A stretch of 64,000 bases of DNA, taken from Convolutriloba macropyga (taxonomy: Eukaryota). Positions 62,483 through 64,000 of the stretch are shown piece after piece; position 1 is the stretch's first letter, and every line of letters begins with the position of its first letter. Location of the stretch: NCBI RefSeq assembly GCF_964194025.1, contig NC_134473.1, forward strand, positions 10,726,001 to 10,790,000. The letters are read 5' to 3'. The notes under the pieces were generated by a model. That model searched no databases. It had not been told where the DNA came from and saw only the letters and a list, made by a program, of their open reading frames with translations. The position numbers and the translations under genes were made by a program.

Positions 62483-64000
62483 GAAACGTTCCAGCTGGGA
62501 CGGTCTGCACATATCGACTTTCGGTCTGGCACATCAACCTGAGTATTATTAACAAAATAATGTGGAGATGAATCACTAATAATTTTCTTTGCAAAACTTG
62601 CTGCAAATTGAAAATTTGTACATGTTAAGCACTGATTTTAACTGCCTAACAGATCCGGGCAGGCTATCACTTATGTTTTGGGCTGCAACACAATCAGACG
62701 GACAAAATTGCTCATTAGATGTCGAAACAAACTCAAATTTGTTGGTAATCTAAAATTATGTATGAATGATTATGAAGAAATGAAAGGCCGTTTCAATGCT
62801 TTTTTAATTTTTCATGGAGAATAAATCGAAGAATATAATATGTAACGGCTGCTCTCCTATCAAAGTCAAGGAAAACTTTACACCGCCCAGTTCGTTTCAG
62901 CGGTTCCAAATCTGTCCGGATATTGTGGTTTTGCAGTTAATTTTTGTGAACAGTATTATCCGCCATACTGTAGAATGCCGCTGAATTACTTGTTGCTTAA
63001 TTACTCATGATAACTAATTGCTCAGCCTTGCTGTAAAACAAACTTGTTTCTCTCAGAATAACTAAATAAATCAAATTGTGACAATCAAATTTTGCTCGAG
63101 TTTTGGTTAATAACTCAGCTTATAATTGGAAATCGCAAGATCCCAGATGTAGAGCTCCAGATAACTGTCTTAGGAACTGACTGGGACAATTTGTTTCTAA
63201 AATCAATATCTCATTTTTTAGGAGACCCCTGAGCGATAATCAATGTTAACAAATGTAACAGTTTTCGCACTTTGTGCTTTTCAGTACACTCAATTGCTCA
63301 ATAACGCAATTTGTGATTTATACTAGGCTTCCTTAAAGCCAGTAAGAGAAACTGTCTTTATGCTTTCCACAAAGTTTCTCTTTCTTAGGAACTTCGTTCA
63401 TCAGAAAGAAAGTTTTGAGAATATCAAAGTTAATTCTCTTTTCACAAGTCAAAATTAAGTTATAACTGTACAATAACTAAAAAGATCTAAAGAAACAAAA
63501 CACGATAACAAGTAATTTACCGCTCAAGAATGTGAGCTTCAATACGCACTGTATGTCAGTTTAATAAGACAAAATTAACGAGTTTCAGCTGACTTTTTGG
63601 TAGTTTTTCAAGCTCTATTTATACTGCTGTACTTGTCAAATTAGCATCTCTGATTGGTTGTAGATTACTATGTCGTAAGATTATCTGAATACACTGAGTT
63701 TGGGGTTCGGGATACCGTATACGGTGCCCCGCATTCTCTGAATTGGTATGAAAATTGCAAATTTAATTGAATCTCGCTTACCAAGTTAATTATCTCTTGC
63801 TCCATTTGAGCGAAATTTGTGTCATTGAGAAACTTGAATACGTGGCAATTATAGCGTAGTTCGAGTTTGAGTTTCAGTTTAACTCCATGTATGACGATTG
63901 TGTACTAATAATAGTTGCTAGCCATAAATGTTGAACAAAGTGAACAAATCCGTATGGCTTCGATGGAATGTAGCATTAAATTTTGCACTTCATGCTACTC

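Noticed and set aside
61908-62606. 232-aa Cys-rich ORF, or a CRISPR-like array
   Set aside because: A by-product of a tandem repeat; spacers are short and related, there are no cas genes, and the context is eukaryotic.

Overview
AT-rich eukaryotic (animal-like, spliceosomal introns) genomic DNA that is mostly nested mobile elements. (1) A full-length but decayed 22-kb Polinton/Maverick at 1031-23058. It has AGTAGT...ACTACT termini, TIRs and a perfect 6-bp TSD (ACTGTC). It carries PLA2-like, DEDD-like, packaging ATPase, integrase, minor and major capsid, adenain protease, PC4-like, zinc-finger and pPolB genes. The pPolB gene has an apparent GT-AG intron made of A/T satellite, and its 3' half is tandemly duplicated. 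(2) A ~1.5-kb repeat family in both orientations, into which the Polinton and the next element inserted; an empty-site copy is present. (3) A 5.5-kb LTR element at 27736-33261 with TATGA...TCATA LTRs, a tRNA PBS and a 5-bp TSD. It has no gag/pol but carries a stop-interrupted JmjC-like 2OG/Fe(II) dioxygenase plus several small unknown ORFs; this is the most novel-looking item. (4) A decayed Ty1/Copia element at 34891-40368. (5) A decayed CR1/L2-group LINE at ~44.6-48.9 kb. (6) A host multi-exon GMC oxidoreductase gene on the minus strand (59666-50249) with a GC-AG intron and substituted catalytic residues. (7) Minisatellites, LINE fragments and assembly gaps. All family calls come from motif recognition by eye; no database search was run.
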